Under the pieces are notes generated by a model. It did not search any database. It saw nothing but the letters and a program-made list of their open reading frames with translations, and had not been told where the DNA came from. The translations under genes and the position numbers were made by a program. Shown here in pieces: positions 8,443 through 18,268 of a DNA stretch of 44,684 bases. Origin of the DNA: Sulfurimonas sp. (GTDB lineage: Bacteria; Campylobacterota; Campylobacteria; Campylobacterales; Sulfurimonadaceae); the NCBI GenBank assembly GCA_027056465.1, contig JALUKS010000234.1:1-44684 (forward strand). Direction: 5' to 3'. Position 1 is the stretch's first letter, and every line of letters starts with the position of its first letter.

Positions 8443-10448
8443 TCAGCACCTCTTTGTTGCAAGATATTTGAGACTTCCCATGCAAGATAATCACTTACCG
8501 TTTTTTTGAAGTCATCGAGGGTAGGCTTCGTGTCTATAACCTTATGTTGGTCGAAGTTCCAGTCTGCTCCACTTGAGGTGATAAAATCTTCTATATAAAC
8601 ATCCTCTATCTTCCACTCTGCCTCAACTTTAGCCTTTGTACCTGCTTTGTAAATCTTTACAATATCTGAGTAGCGTTTCGTAGGCTCATCGGTTGCTTGT
8701 ATAGCTCTACTTGTTCTTTTGTATCCATCATTTCTAAAGTCTATAAACTTTACAGGCATATCAAAATCATGTGGTTTGCCTGCTTCTAAAATATAAATAC
8801 TTGTTTGCACACCTGCCATAGGCTGAAACAAATCGGTCGGCATTTTGATACTCGCTTTTAGCGTATGTTTTTTAAGTATAGACTTGTTTGTTTTCACCGC
8901 TTTTCCACTTCCTGCAGAATCTTGTATGATGATAGCACCAAGACCAGATTGTTCCATCTTATCTAAACCAAACGCGATAAAAGGCATACCGTTTTCATCA
9001 TAGGAAAAAGGTGGATTTAAAAGTAACTTATTTGCTTTGAAATCAGTGTAGATTTTTTCAGGTCTATTAAAAGTACTTCCTTTATGGATGTTAGAGTTTC
9101 CATCGCCTCTCAAAATCATATTTGTAGCGGCTAAGGTAAACATCTCTGCATTTAACTCAACACCTAAAAGTTGTTTTTTCTTTATATCCTCTATCTTACT
9201 CTGAGCTTGTGTTGTTTTTTTACCATAAAGTGTTTCAACATCTTCTATCATGAGTTCCATAGATGAGATTAAAAATCCAGCTGAACCTGTTGCTAAATCC
9301 ATCACTTTGCTATCTTTGTTTACATCAAGTATGGTTGCCATCATTTTAGTAACATAGGGAGGCGTTAAAACAATGCCTATCTCTTTACCATCACCTAAAG
9401 CATACTTTAAAAACTCCGAATACATTTCACCCATGATATCAAGATGCCCTGCCATCGCGTCTATAGATAAAAATATATTGTGAAATATAAAAGTAAAAAT
9501 CTGTTTATTGCTACTTGCATCTTCTTGTAGTAATTTTGAGACTTCTTTATCAAGCTCTGATAATTCATCTCTTTGTACATCTTTTGAAATCTCTGAAAAA
9601 CTCGCTAACATGAGGTTTCTTTTCTCTAGTGGTATCTCACGAGCAGTTAAAAACTCTTTGATTTGCTCTACTATCTGCACTCCATCGCGTCTTGATTCAC
9701 TTTGTATGCCTTTTAAGTCCTCAGGCACAAGTCCATCTTGAACTTTATTCCCTTGGGTATCAACAACATTTTGCATTGACAAAAGCATACCTGAAACATA
9801 AAGAACTCTTTGCGGTGCCGTAATGTTATGGTTGTGCATAAGTTTGTTTAAACTTTTAGCATATTTTTGTAAGGTCGCTTGTGAATTTATGAGAATGTCG
9901 TGCTTTTCATTTTCTGTTAAAATCGCCTCATTGTAAAACTCATCAAATGTTTTTTGGTTTTCAAGAAAATCAAGCGTTGTTATATTTTTTAGTAATTTAT
10001 AAGAGTGTTCCCCTGAACCATACACATAGTAAACTTTAAATTCTATAGAGTCATCCGAATCACCTGATAGACCTATGGCGATTGCCTCATGGTATTTTCC
10101 AGATGCTATCATACCTGTTGTGTAGTGTAAAGCTCCATTTACAGCATAATCTCGAATAGACTTTTCATCAAGCTTTACACCATCTTTTGTCTCTTTTATA
10201 AGTTTTTTTGTTCCAAGTTTATTTTCAATGATAACGGGAGTTTGTGCATACTTAGTAAGACTAAAATCAGGTTTTCCAAAGTTTGTTTTACTCTCAGTTT
10301 TTGCTCGACCTCTTAAAGCTTCTATAAGATAATCAGGCATTGCAGATTCTATATGATAATCTTTTTGACTTTTTAAGCCTAATTTTTCAAATTGAGACTT
10401 CACCCAATCATTTACATGCTCTTCTAATTTATAATTTGTTTGTGCCAT
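8433..10448 (-). CDS. fused restriction endonuclease / N6-adenine methyltransferase (BcgIA-like RM subunit)
   Basis: N-terminal PD-(D/E)xK motif (GKPDF...IIENK). Gamma-class MTase order: VLTP, motif [10 protein letters not shown], motif IV NPPF. Confidence 0.92.
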   Translation of the reverse strand: MAQTNYKLEEHVNDWVKSQFEKLGLKSQKDYHIESAMPDYLIEALRGRAKTESKTNFGKPDFSLTKYAQTPVIIENKLGTKKLIKETKDGVKLDEKSIRDYAVNGALHYTTGMIASGKYHEAIAIGLSGDSDDSIEFKVYYVYGSGEHSYKLLKNITTLDFLENQKTFDEFYNEAILTENEKHDILINSQATLQKYAKSLNKLMHNHNITAPQRVLYVSGMLLSMQNVVDTQGNKVQDGLVPEDLKGIQSESRRDGVQIVEQIKEFLTAREIPLEKRNLMLASFSEISKDVQRDELSELDKEVSKLLQEDASSNKQIFTFIFHNIFLSIDAMAGHLDIMGEMYSEFLKYALGDGKEIGIVLTPPYVTKMMATILDVNKDSKVMDLATGSAGFLISSMELMIEDVETLYGKKTTQAQSKIEDIKKKQLLGVELNAEMFTLAATNMILRGDGNSNIHKGSTFNRPEKIYTDFKANKLLLNPPFSYDENGMPFIAFGLDKMEQSGLGAIIIQDSAGSGKAVKTNKSILKKHTLKASIKMPTDLFQPMAGVQTSIYILEAGKPHDFDMPVKFIDFRNDGYKRTSRAIQATDEPTKRYSDIVKIYKAGTKAKVEAEWKIEDVYIEDFITSSGADWNFDQHKVIDTKPTLDDFKKTVSDYLAWEVSNILQQRGAEGK

Positions 10449-10468
10449 TTATATTCCAGTCTATTTTT

Positions 10469-10477
10469 ATTATATCA
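10469..10477 (-). promoter_or_regulatory. extended -10 promoter (TGaTATAAT) for the R-M operon
   Basis: Minus strand reads TGATATAAT about 20 nt upstream of the RM ATG. Confidence 0.55.
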
Positions 10478-10649
10478 ATTCACTTTATATTTGTATTTTA
10501 ACTAAATATTGATTTGTAGTTTATTTTTTATGGTTAGATTAGTAAAAAAGTAGAAAAGTAAACACCTAATTACTTGTTATTATAATACTAATAATAGTAT
10601 AATACCAAAAAATAATAAGTGCTAGAACAGCACTTCAAAAGGCTAGAAG

Positions 10650-10937
10650 ATGTCATACTCACAAGAGTTAGAAATACTAATAAAAGAGACAGTTATCCCA
10701 GATATAGATGAGTCATTAGATGCAATTTTTGAAGAAATCGCTGATAACAAAGAGGCGACAGAGGATGCAAAGGAAGATATAGAAGAACTTCGTGAGTTCA
10801 AAGCTGATTTACATGATGTATTAGATGACATCGAGAGTGGTGATATTGAAGAGGATGAATGTAAAGAGCTTATAGCTGATATTAAAGAGGCTCAAAAACA
10901 TGGGGATGAAGAAGATTTCGGCTTTGTAGAAGAGTAG
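10650..10937 (+). CDS. small, very acidic helical hypothetical protein
   Basis: 95 aa; hand count about 37 D/E versus 8 K/R; upstream TATAAT and AAGG. Confidence 0.8.
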   Translation: MSYSQELEILIKETVIPDIDESLDAIFEEIADNKEATEDAKEDIEELREFKADLHDVLDDIESGDIEEDECKELIADIKEAQKHGDEEDFGFVEE

Positions 10938-11004
10938 TGAGTGACAGTTTTTTTACAATATCCCCACTTTCTTTTTTATGCAACTCTTAAAAATAAAATA
11001 GAAG

Positions 11005-11316
11005 TTGCTTAAAATTATGGAAATGGAGATTTTTGTAAAAAAGTATACATCTATTTTAATAACCCTTATAGCAGTAAATTTACATGCAAATGAAAACTGG
11101 ATTACTATTGAGCCAATTGTTGAGACTCAAACGCCAAAGGCTCAAAAACAAGAGACTGCACTAGATGTCAATTTATCGCAAATTGAACCTATTCACAAGA
11201 TGATGAAAAATATCAATCTCATACAGCAAGTTATCAAGGCTACAACTAAAAGAGAAAAAAAGAGAGAGACTCCTAATAATAAAAAATGGTTTGTAATTAA
11301 TGCACAAACTAAGTGA
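11005..11316 (+). CDS. hypothetical exported protein (start codon uncertain)
   Basis: Signal-peptide-like KKYTSILITLIAVNLHA; converges on and overlaps the helicase stop. Confidence 0.6.
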   Translation: MLKIMEMEIFVKKYTSILITLIAVNLHANENWITIEPIVETQTPKAQKQETALDVNLSQIEPIHKMMKNINLIQQVIKATTKREKKRETPNNKKWFVINAQTK

Positions 11317-12553
11317 GCTTTAGCTCTTCTGCTTTTTGCTCACGAAGTTTATCTTTTTTGCTTTTTTTCTTTCCCTTTACTGGAGCGGAACCTTTTACTC
11401 TTTTTGGAGCTTCGCCTACAAGTTTAAATTTATCTATCTCTTCTCTTTCAAGAGTTATACCACTCCGTTTTTCTATAAGTTTAAAGTGTTCCATAGAGTC
11501 GTAGTCTATGAAACTAATCGCTTCTCCACTCTTACCTGCACGGGCAGTTCGCCCAACTCGGTGGATATAATCTGCAGGTGAACGCGGTAAGTCGTAGTTT
11601 ATCACACACTCTATTTCATCTATGTCAAGTCCACGAGCGGCTATATCTGTGGCGAATAGAACTCTTACTTTTTTATCTTTAAAGGCTTGGAGTGTTTCAT
11701 TTCTCATATCTTGTTCTAAGTCGCCATTAAAAGAAGCAGCTTCAAAGCCATGCTTTCTAAACTTTTCAGCGATGTTATCAGTCGCTCGTTTGTTTGCCAT
11801 AAAGACTAAAACGCGAATCCACTTGTTCTTATTCATCAGATGTCTTAGAAGTGGTCCTCGATTTTCTCTATTTACCTTTATAACTCGCTGCTTTATCTTC
11901 TCAACTACACTACTCTCATCTTCTAAACTCACTTCTTGTGCATCTGTAGTTATTTTTGAAGCTATACTCTGCATTTTTGGTGGATAACTCGCTGAAAACA
12001 TAAGGTTTTGGCGTTTGCTTGGAAGTACTTTAAGCACACCATCTAGTTCTTCTAAGAAGCCAATATCAAGCATCTTATCTGCTTCATCAAGAACAAGAGA
12101 CTCTACAGAAGAGAGATTCATCTGCTTTTTACTTAGTACATCCAAAAAACGCCCACTCGTAGCGACTAAGACATCACAACCCTGCTGAATATCAAAAAGC
12201 TGATCACCAATACTTTTACCACCTATAAGAGGCACAATACTCAGCTTTTTTCCTAGATATTTTGAAAACTTTACAAAATCTTCACTTACCTGAAGAGTAA
12301 GCTCTCTTGTAGGAGTAAGAACTATTACCTTTATCTTTGCTTTTCCTGCTTTAGTATTCGCGTTTAACTGCTCAAGTATAGGTAGTACAAAACTTGCACT
12401 TTTTCCTGAACCTGTTTGACTTAAAACAATAAGGTCTTTTTTTTCTAACACAAGAGGAATAACCCTCTCTTGTATAGCAGTTGGTTGAGTAAAGTTACTC
12501 TCTTTAAGAGATTTTAGTATATTTTTTGAGAGTCCAAGTGAGGCAAATAACAT
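11309..12553 (-). CDS. DEAD-box RNA helicase (RhlE-like)
   Basis: Q motif PTAIQ, QTGSGKS, PTREL, LDEAD, ARGLD, HRVGRTARAG; basic tail. Confidence 0.95.
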   Translation of the reverse strand: MLFASLGLSKNILKSLKESNFTQPTAIQERVIPLVLEKKDLIVLSQTGSGKSASFVLPILEQLNANTKAGKAKIKVIVLTPTRELTLQVSEDFVKFSKYLGKKLSIVPLIGGKSIGDQLFDIQQGCDVLVATSGRFLDVLSKKQMNLSSVESLVLDEADKMLDIGFLEELDGVLKVLPSKRQNLMFSASYPPKMQSIASKITTDAQEVSLEDESSVVEKIKQRVIKVNRENRGPLLRHLMNKNKWIRVLVFMANKRATDNIAEKFRKHGFEAASFNGDLEQDMRNETLQAFKDKKVRVLFATDIAARGLDIDEIECVINYDLPRSPADYIHRVGRTARAGKSGEAISFIDYDSMEHFKLIEKRSGITLEREEIDKFKLVGEAPKRVKGSAPVKGKKKSKKDKLREQKAEELKLT

Positions 12554-12554
12554 G

Positions 12555-13088
12555 CTATTTTGATTTAGGTCTAAAAGCCTTAATCACCTCTTCATTTGTC
12601 TCTATAAATGGTCCTGATATAAGATCTATACAGTAAGGTACTGCTGGAAAAACTGCATCTAAACACTCACGAATAGACTTTGGTTTTCCAGGAAGATTTA
12701 TGATAAGAGATTTTCCTCTTACTCCTGCTGTTTGTCGTGAGAGTATCGCAGTTGGTACATACTGTAGGCTCACTTGACGCATCAGTTCGCCAAATCCTGG
12801 CATCATCTTTTCACAGACATTTTCAGTAGCTTCAGGTGTTACATCACGAAGTGCTGGACCTGTTCCCCCAGTTGTCACAACCAAACAGCACCCTGCTGCA
12901 TCACACAACTCTTTCATAGTCGCTTCAAGAATATCTTGCTCATCTGGAATACATCTATAAACTATTTCAAATTCACTCTTCAGGTAATCTTTCATCGTAT
13001 CTTGAATAGCTACACCGCTAATATCTTCATAGATACCTTTACTGGCTCTATCACTTGCTGTTATTACACCTATTTTTATTTCACTCAT
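12555..13088 (-). CDS. mog: molybdopterin adenylyltransferase
   Basis: SDRAS.G.YED.SG, TTGGTGPALRDVTPEAT, MPGFGELMR, NLPGKPKSI. Confidence 0.95.
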   Translation of the reverse strand: MSEIKIGVITASDRASKGIYEDISGVAIQDTMKDYLKSEFEIVYRCIPDEQDILEATMKELCDAAGCCLVVTTGGTGPALRDVTPEATENVCEKMMPGFGELMRQVSLQYVPTAILSRQTAGVRGKSLIINLPGKPKSIRECLDAVFPAVPYCIDLISGPFIETNEEVIKAFRPKSK

Positions 13089-13116
13089 ATTTATTTTTCC
13101 TTTTATATATTTCGAT

Positions 13117-13170
13117 TCGGATGTGCTGCTTTAGCTGCACCTTTTAGTGAGGCTAAAGCCACACATCCGA
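13117..13170. repeat. REP-like inverted doublet (REPIN architecture)
   Basis: TCGGATGTGCTGCTTTAGCTGCAC (13117-13140) and an inverted copy TCGGATGTGTGGCTTTAGCCTCAC (13170-13147), 20/24 identical; each unit is an imperfect hairpin around TTTA. Confidence 0.7.
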
Positions 13171-13683
13171 CTGCAAAAAGTGATTTGCTTGCTTTATATA
13201 TGTGAGTGTTCCCACATTTTTAAAGAACTCTTTTGCTTCTTGAACATCTATTATTTTATCTTCGCCACCGAGATAAATCTCTACTTTGACACCACTCTGC
13301 TCTAATAAAACAAAATCTTTTTCACTCCAAACATGATAGAGTAACTCTTCTAGCTCTTCACTTTTAGTTGCAACATTTTCTACGCTCTGCACACCATAAG
13401 GAGCGAAACTCCCTCTTAGAAACTGCTTCATATAAAGAGTGGTATTTTTCTTATAACTCATAAGCTGAAGACGTCGAAACTTCTCCTCTTTTGTCTGAAA
13501 AAATGCAGGAGAGAGAAGTTGCAAAGTATCGACTCTCTGCCCTATTTCTAAAAGCCTTAAAACTTCTTCTAAAGCTTTGATACTCCCATAACTAAACCCA
13601 ACAACACTATAATCATCTTCTTTTATATAGTCGCTAAAAAAAGCCTGCTCATTTTTGAGAGAGAAACCACTAAAGAACTTCAT
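13153..13683 (-). CDS. bioV: pimeloyl-ACP methyl ester esterase BioV
   Basis: MKFFSGFSL start, GFSYG nucleophile elbow, LQLLSPAFF, GGEDKIID, terminal ANH. Confidence 0.8.
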   Translation of the reverse strand: MKFFSGFSLKNEQAFFSDYIKEDDYSVVGFSYGSIKALEEVLRLLEIGQRVDTLQLLSPAFFQTKEEKFRRLQLMSYKKNTTLYMKQFLRGSFAPYGVQSVENVATKSEELEELLYHVWSEKDFVLLEQSGVKVEIYLGGEDKIIDVQEAKEFFKNVGTLTYIKQANHFLQSDVWL

Positions 13684-15322
13684 CTAGCAACTTTACTACA
13701 GCAGACTTCGTAATACTTTCTCTCTCTTGAAGTACTTCTTCTACACTCTGAGCAACTCCAGATAAAGAGATAAGTAGTGTTTCGCACTCTTTATAAAGGT
13801 TCTCTAGTAAAAGTTTTTGCTCGCCTGCATCAGGGAGAAGCGAACTGCCCATCCCATAACTCTCACACATTTTCGCAACGATCTCTTTTGCTTCTGCTAA
13901 GTCAGACTTTGCACTACTTGAATGCTCTTTATACTTAATGTTACAACTAACTGTTCCTGCTAAAAGCATCATCACTCGAGACTCTAGTTCTTGCTTGGCT
14001 AAAGGCTCATCGGTAACAGGTGTTAGCTTCTCATTTGAGAGCATTAACTTTTCAAACTGTATGTTAAAGTAAGAGGCAACAACTACTTTAGAAGCTTGAT
14101 AGGTAATTCTAAACTCTTTTTGCTTATCATTTAGCATCTGCAACTTTTTCTTACCAAACATCACTTTATCTTTTACCTCATAAAAATGCTCTAAAGTAAC
14201 ATGAAAAGTATTCTGACGTAAAGAGAAGAGTGCAGCTTCATTCACTAGAGCTGCTAGTGCAGCACCATTAAAACCAACTGTCATATTTGCGACTACTTTC
14301 ACATCTAACTCATGAGGAATTTTTGCAAGATACTTACTCAAAATAGCTTCTCTCTCGCGTTTAGTAGGTAACTCTACAAATACACGTCTATCAAAGCGCC
14401 CAGCACGTAGAAGTGCTTCATCAAGAACATCTATCTTGTTGGTAGCTGCTACAACAATAACGCCACTTGAACCCTCAAAACCATCCATCTCAGTAAGGAG
14501 TTGGTTAAGTGTACCCTCGCGTTCATCATTTCTTTCACCACCGCGTTTTTTTCCAACAGCATCTATCTCATCTATAAATATAATACTTGGTGCATTTTTC
14601 TTTGCTGCAGCAAAAAGCTCATGGACTCTCTTGGCACCCATTCCAACATATATCTGCACAAAAGAAGCACCACTTTGATAGTAGAAAGGAACATCTGCTG
14701 CATTTGCAACTGCTTTTGCTATCATTGTTTTTCCTACACCAGGAGGTCCTACAAGTAAAACACCACGAGGCATATGTGCACCGAAACTTTTATAACGTTT
14801 AGGATTTTTCATAAAGTCGATAATCTCTTCAAGCTCTATTTTAACATCACTAATCCCACCAATATCATCAAAACACACATCACTTTTTGTGGCCTCTATT
14901 ACACTAGTCTCACTTGCTCTTGCATCACTGCTACTCTCTTTTGAAATAAGTTTATTAGAGAGTGTAAAACCTTCTTGTTTTTGCCACCATCTTAAAATCA
15001 GAGAGAAAAAACCTAAAAAAAGTATACTAAAGAGGATATAAATAACAAGATTGGACTCGCCTCCAACTTCTACTTTTTGATCAATAAACATTTTCGGACT
15101 TACCTGTGAAGAAGCGATTTTAAAAACACCATGCTTTGTTTTGAGATAGACATATTCTTTAGAGACAATAACTTTTTCAACACTTTTTTCTTGGAGCATT
15201 GTCGATGCTTCTCTTAATGTAATAGGATCAGCATTATCACGAAGCAGTGCAAAAAGCACAAGCAATATGATAATTGTAGCTGAAATATAAAGAGCAATAC
15301 GATTTGTTTTAGAGTTGAGCAT
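13670..15322 (-). CDS. membrane-bound FtsH-like AAA+ ATPase with degenerate protease domain
   Basis: Two TM segments, GPPGVGKT, IFIDEID, ATN..DEALLRAGRFDRR; HExxH replaced by YQASK. Start taken at the ATG overlapping the mtaB end. Confidence 0.88.
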   Translation of the reverse strand: MLNSKTNRIALYISATIIILLVLFALLRDNADPITLREASTMLQEKSVEKVIVSKEYVYLKTKHGVFKIASSQVSPKMFIDQKVEVGGESNLVIYILFSILFLGFFSLILRWWQKQEGFTLSNKLISKESSSDARASETSVIEATKSDVCFDDIGGISDVKIELEEIIDFMKNPKRYKSFGAHMPRGVLLVGPPGVGKTMIAKAVANAADVPFYYQSGASFVQIYVGMGAKRVHELFAAAKKNAPSIIFIDEIDAVGKKRGGERNDEREGTLNQLLTEMDGFEGSSGVIVVAATNKIDVLDEALLRAGRFDRRVFVELPTKREREAILSKYLAKIPHELDVKVVANMTVGFNGAALAALVNEAALFSLRQNTFHVTLEHFYEVKDKVMFGKKKLQMLNDKQKEFRITYQASKVVVASYFNIQFEKLMLSNEKLTPVTDEPLAKQELESRVMMLLAGTVSCNIKYKEHSSSAKSDLAEAKEIVAKMCESYGMGSSLLPDAGEQKLLLENLYKECETLLISLSGVAQSVEEVLQERESITKSAVVKLLDEVL

Positions 15323-16565
15323 AATTATATTCCTCTTTGACACTATAATCATTCACTGTAACCCAGTTACCAACTAAGTCCTCTTTTGAGTCAATAATTA
15401 TTTTGTTAAAGTACTGATCAAATCCATGATATAAGCCATCTTTTTGCGACTCTATTAAGACCTCAAGCTCCCCAGTTACCACCTTTCTAAATTCATAGTT
15501 TTTCATATCAATAAGATCTTGAATCTCGTGGAGTCTCTGCTTTGCAATCTTGCCGTTTACTTCTGGCTTCATAGTCGCTGAGGGTGTGCCATCGCGTTTA
15601 GAGTAGGTAAAAGCATGAAGATGAGTAAGTGGTAGCTCTCGTGCATTTCTCATTCCCTCAAGCCATAACTCTTCACTCTCTCCTGGATGTCCTGCTATAA
15701 AGTCTGTTCCTATCGCATACCCTTTTTCAGCCAACAACTCAAAAAGTTCTCTATCTCGCTTATAAACATTACGTCTATTCATCAGCTTGAGCATTGTTGG
15801 TGAAGTGTGTTGTAGGGCTATGTGCATATGCTTCTCCATCCACGGCTCACCGAGTATCTCTTTGAACTCATCTGTTATCTGAATAGGCTCAACACTTCCA
15901 AGTCGAATACGGCGAACACCACGGATTTGACTCATCTTTTTCATAAGTGTTGCGAGAGAAGTTTTCGTATCTTGTCCATAAGAGCCAACATTTGTTCCCG
16001 TTAAGATAAACTCTCCAAAACCATTGTGTGCTAAACGCTCTATCTGCTCAAGTATCTTCTCTTCGCTCATACTTCTCGCATCTCCACGAACAAAGGGAAT
16101 GATACAGTAAGAACAACGGAAATTGCACCCCTCTTGTATCTTGATAAAAGCACGACTCTTGCCAACAAAATCATCTACTATCATATTGTCAATATGATTG
16201 AGATCACCCAGCTCATAGAAAGGTTGCTCTTTTTTAAGAAGAGTATCGACCTTCTCTTTTTCACTCTGCCCAAAAACACCATGAATACGACCCTCTTTAA
16301 GAAGTGATGCACCTTTAGTATGCGCACCACACCCTGTTAAAAAGAGTTTCGCCCCACTCTGAGACTTCTCCACCCCAGAGATATAAGAACGTACATGAGT
16401 ATCTGCTCCATTTGTAACAGTACAAGAGTTTATAACTATGACATCAGCCTCAGCTTCACTCTCTGTTACCTCATACTCTTTGAGACTTGACATCATTACC
16501 TGCGAATCATAGATATTTGTTCTACACCCAAATGTTTTAAAAAATACTTTTTTCTTTTTTTGCAT
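15309..16565 (-). CDS. mtaB: tRNA t6A37 methylthiotransferase (radical SAM)
   Basis: TFGCRTN, INSCTVT, KIQEGCNFRCSYC, C-terminal TRAM-like region. Confidence 0.9.
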   Translation of the reverse strand: MQKKKKVFFKTFGCRTNIYDSQVMMSSLKEYEVTESEAEADVIVINSCTVTNGADTHVRSYISGVEKSQSGAKLFLTGCGAHTKGASLLKEGRIHGVFGQSEKEKVDTLLKKEQPFYELGDLNHIDNMIVDDFVGKSRAFIKIQEGCNFRCSYCIIPFVRGDARSMSEEKILEQIERLAHNGFGEFILTGTNVGSYGQDTKTSLATLMKKMSQIRGVRRIRLGSVEPIQITDEFKEILGEPWMEKHMHIALQHTSPTMLKLMNRRNVYKRDRELFELLAEKGYAIGTDFIAGHPGESEELWLEGMRNARELPLTHLHAFTYSKRDGTPSATMKPEVNGKIAKQRLHEIQDLIDMKNYEFRKVVTGELEVLIESQKDGLYHGFDQYFNKIIIDSKEDLVGNWVTVNDYSVKEEYNYAQL

Positions 16566-18268
16566 TAAACTACCTCGTTCTCATTAAAAGGAGGCTTGAG
16601 CGGCTCCTGCTTTTCCATATATAACTTCTGTGTAGGGTAAGAGATAGTAATATCATCCTCTGCATTAAACGCATCTACTATCTCAGTGGAGATAACACTT
16701 CTTAGTGTTAGTGTTCCATACGCATTTGTAAGGTACCAAGCCTCTATATCTATACCATTAGACTCTATAAAGGAGTAAATTCTCGGCTCTACATTTGTAT
16801 TTTTTAAGCTATAGTGTTGGCGAAGTTTATTGAGCTGTTTACGCGTAATCTCGGTATATCCTTTAGAGAATTTTTTTGTCACCGCTTTCGCTATATGCAT
16901 CGCTTTTTTATGGTTAGAGTCAAAGGTAATAGTAATCTTAACACCATCCCAAACAGTTTTGAGTGAATTGTGCGTGTAGTTTGCTATCATACGAGTAAAA
17001 ATATAGTTATTTGGTACAAAGATAATACGACCAGCACGACGGTTTTGATTTATAGAAGTGAGTGTAATATCCTCTAAGATAGTAATACGAAGGAGTGAAA
17101 TATCCATAACATCCCCAACATACTTCATTCCATCCATATCGACACGGATTCTATCGCCAACATGAATACTCCCACCAAAAACGATGACAAGCCAACCAAG
17201 TATAGACATAAACCAATCTTTCATCGCAATAGTGATACCAGCAGAAGCAAACCCAAGAATGGTTACTAAATAGCCTGCATTATCGATATAATTAAAAAAG
17301 AGTATAAAGATAATGATGATGAAATTAGCAAAAGTGATAAACTTATTTGCCATATAAAAACGTTCATTATCTGTGATGTACTTCTTAACAACTAATTTCA
17401 GTAAAAAGAAGATAAAAAAGACTACTAATATAACAGTTCCTATATGGATAAGACTATATGTTTGTGTCTCTATTTCTTTGTTTATATTTGCTTCAACACT
17501 CTCCACACGACGTTGATACACCTCCAAAGTCACATTAATAGTATCAAGAGCTGTTTTAAAATGCTCAAGTTCTATATGCTTCTTTTTCCTTTGTGTCTCA
17601 AAATTTTGTACATCAAGTTCTTTTAACTTTTTATAAATAAGAGTCTCTTTACGAAGTAGTGTGATTAGCCTTATAAGACTCTCGCGTTTAAGTTTATAAT
17701 CCTTGAAATCTGAATTAAGTTTTTTTATAGTAGAGAAACCTGTAAATATCCCAAAAGGATTTGTAATCTCTTTAATATCATCAATATTAGGAGGGGTAAT
17801 AAGCTTCGCAAAAGGTGCAACATCTTTTCCTTTAAGCTTATCTACTTCAGAAGTTAATATACTTGCTTTAGAAATGAGTGAATTGAGTTTATCTTTTTTA
17901 CTTGCACTTTTAGCATGTCTTTTCAGATACCTTATCTGCCTCTTTATTTTGTTCAAATTTGTACGTACTTCCAAAGAGGTAAGATAAGATGCGTAACTCT
18001 TTACCCATCTATTTTCTTGAGAAATCTCTTGTTCTAGTTCACTTAACTCTGCTTTATACTCTGTTATCTTTTGTTGGCGAATACGTGCTTGTTCAGCTTG
18101 TTTTTGAGCAAGAATATTTTCCTCTTTAAGCTTCTTTGCTTGAGCTAACTCTTTGGGAGTGAGTGTGTTATTTGACTCTACTGTTGCAACAAAAGTACTC
18201 TCCTGTGCATACAGAACACCAAAAGTCATAAACAGAAGAAAAAGAACTCTTGAGAGTTTATACTGCAT
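16565..18268 (-). CDS. MscS-family mechanosensitive channel with a large periplasmic coiled-coil domain
   Basis: Signal peptide, coiled coil, three TM helices, GFASAG...GDRIRV...G.V.DI...IFVPN. Confidence 0.88.
   Translation of the reverse strand: MQYKLSRVLFLLFMTFGVLYAQESTFVATVESNNTLTPKELAQAKKLKEENILAQKQAEQARIRQQKITEYKAELSELEQEISQENRWVKSYASYLTSLEVRTNLNKIKRQIRYLKRHAKSASKKDKLNSLISKASILTSEVDKLKGKDVAPFAKLITPPNIDDIKEITNPFGIFTGFSTIKKLNSDFKDYKLKRESLIRLITLLRKETLIYKKLKELDVQNFETQRKKKHIELEHFKTALDTINVTLEVYQRRVESVEANINKEIETQTYSLIHIGTVILVVFFIFFLLKLVVKKYITDNERFYMANKFITFANFIIIIFILFFNYIDNAGYLVTILGFASAGITIAMKDWFMSILGWLVIVFGGSIHVGDRIRVDMDGMKYVGDVMDISLLRITILEDITLTSINQNRRAGRIIFVPNNYIFTRMIANYTHNSLKTVWDGVKITITFDSNHKKAMHIAKAVTKKFSKGYTEITRKQLNKLRQHYSLKNTNVEPRIYSFIESNGIDIEAWYLTNAYGTLTLRSVISTEIVDAFNAEDDITISYPTQKLYMEKQEPLKPPFNENEVV

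Noticed and set aside
12774-13205. 143-aa plus-strand ORF
   Set aside because: Antisense to mog and bioV and runs through the REP-like repeat; no protein-like features
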